Shown here in pieces: positions 62,550 through 64,000 of a DNA stretch of 64,000 bases; the first letter of the stretch is position 1, and each line of letters begins with the position of its first letter. The position numbers and the translations under genes are program-made. Below the pieces are notes generated by a model, which saw only the letters and a list, made by a program, of their open reading frames with translations, was not told where the DNA came from and ran no database searches. Location: assembly GCA_017654855.1 (NCBI GenBank), contig CM030332.1, forward strand, positions 2,356,001-2,420,000, in the 5' to 3' direction. This DNA is from Podospora anserina. Lineage: Eukaryota.

Positions 62550-64000
62550 ATGGGCCGGAGCAAGCCTGTACCGCAGCCGCTTACGCTGCCGCCCAGCGAC
62601 GACTCTCGTGGTGAAACTGTCCCCAATTCCGCTCGACTGACGACGGCTTCGCCCCGATCCCCGCGCTCCCCTTTCCGCTTCGGCCAAAAAAAGTCTGAGA
62701 ACGCCGGAGAGCCTCTGCAGCTTGCCGACGTCTTGCACCAGCCTGAGAAGCAGAGTCCAATTCACAATCACCAACACGAACACCAGCTTCAGCAGCAACA
62801 ACAACAACAACAGCAGCAGCAGCAGCACCAGCCGCGGCCCCAATACCAGCCCTCAGTCCAAGCCCAGAGCCAACCACACGTCAATTCACCAGGCCAAGCC
62901 CCGCTCCCTACTGAGCAACTAGCTGAGAAACGCCCCCTTGACCACACTCCCACCTCCTCGCCGCCATTGCACTCACCAGGAGACCGGACTGCCGACCAAC
63001 AGAATCGACTGCCCAACCAGCCCCCGCCGCACCTTGGCCACAGAAACCCGCGGCACGACGACGACAAGGCTTCAAAGTCGAGTTTCTTCTTCAACTTTGG
63101 AAAGGCGGCCAGGCCGTCGGACCGTCCCTCCACACACCAACACTCAGACTCCCGCGCTGAAACTATGTCAAGAGATTCTGAACATTCCACGCCTTCGAAT
63201 CAGAGCACTAAGCATTCGGGTATGTCGATCCAAAGTTTATCTTGCTTAGCTTCCACGGCCCACCCTTTTTGACCTACGGCCTGTCCCTCGGCCTAGTGTT
63301 TTGTGCGCGCGCAGCAGCCAACTTGACTGTCTCGCCCGGCTTTGTTTCATGGTTTGACTAACACTCTCTGGTGTCCGAAATTGCAGAACCACCCCAGCAG
63401 GAGACCTCAGCGCAAAGATCCATTCCCCAGTTGCCGTCCAGATCTCAAGTGTCACTAGCCTCGTCTGCCGATCACGATAGCCAAAACAATTCCGCCAACG
63501 CCTCCGGCTCGAAAAAGCACAAACCAAAGCCCTTCAACCTACTGAGCCGAAACAGATCGTTCAAGGACAAGGAAAACAAGGAGACCAAGAGCAGTCCGAG
63601 CCCCAGGGAACAGACTCTGGCACCATTAAAAGCCGGCGACTCGGAGAGGCTTGCCCCTCTGAAAACTGCCCCGCTCCAGGCACACGACCGATCGTTCCGC
63701 GACATGATGTCCTCGGCGGTCCGCAACCATTCGGCGGAAAGGCCGCAGGCGAGAGAGATTGGCGGAGGAAAGGGAAGGGACCAAGATGGGGGACATCGAG
63801 GCTTGCCTTCCTCTCTAAGAGAGGCGGGCGGATCCGCATTTTTCAGTAATCTCAAGAACAGCAAAGCTGCCGGCATTATCAGCACCCGTTTGTTCGGCAA
63901 GGACAGCAAGAACGAGCCCCCAGTACCAAGAGAGCCATTGATAGATGACGAGAGTTATGTGCTCAAAGTCATCAACCTGCCTCTCGTGGAGCAGACACGG
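62550..64000 (+). CDS. Probable RhoGAP, 5' part only (runs off the window); exons 62550-63219, 63387-end
   Basis: Open frame after the GTATGT..CTAAC..CAG intron; polyQ N-terminus; ends in IDDESYVLKVINLPLVEQTR, a block recalled to precede the GAP domain in a fungal RhoGAP family; the GAP domain itself is not in the window. Confidence 0.6.

Noticed and set aside
1-64000. tRNA, 5S rRNA, telomeric repeats, Starship or Spok-type genes
   Set aside because: No matching motifs seen by eye; tRNAscan-SE/Infernal would be needed to exclude them

Overview
Eukaryotic, intron-containing fungal DNA with short GT-AG introns and CTRAC branch points. Gene content and style fit a Sordariomycete, probably Sordariales (Podospora/Neurospora-like); this is inference. 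The window holds a gene-dense core: D-serine dehydratase-like, ARP4, TAF1, an RLM1-type MADS-box factor, a Psg1-like membrane protein, a 2OG-Fe(II) oxygenase, FRG1, a GH31 glucosidase, rco-3, a CENP-U/Ame1-like protein, a twin-CX9C protein, a GPI wall protein and a Zn-finger-like hypothetical. It then has a ~12 kb gene-poor accessory stretch (46-58.8 kb) with degenerate tandem repeats, a DEAD-box helicase fragment, a long hairpin and a full-length Fot1/pogo transposon broken by one TAG. BET2 and the 5' part of a probable RhoGAP end the window. The most unusual feature is a 3-kb array (16.4-19.7 kb) of four tiny paralogous Cys-rich 'MC' genes, two intact and two disrupted. They share Cys spacing, promoter/5' architecture and a 3' motif, and only one appears as a stand-alone ORF in the ORF track. 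TAF1 also appears to carry an alternative coding C-terminus inside its last intron. All calls were made by eye; no database search was run.
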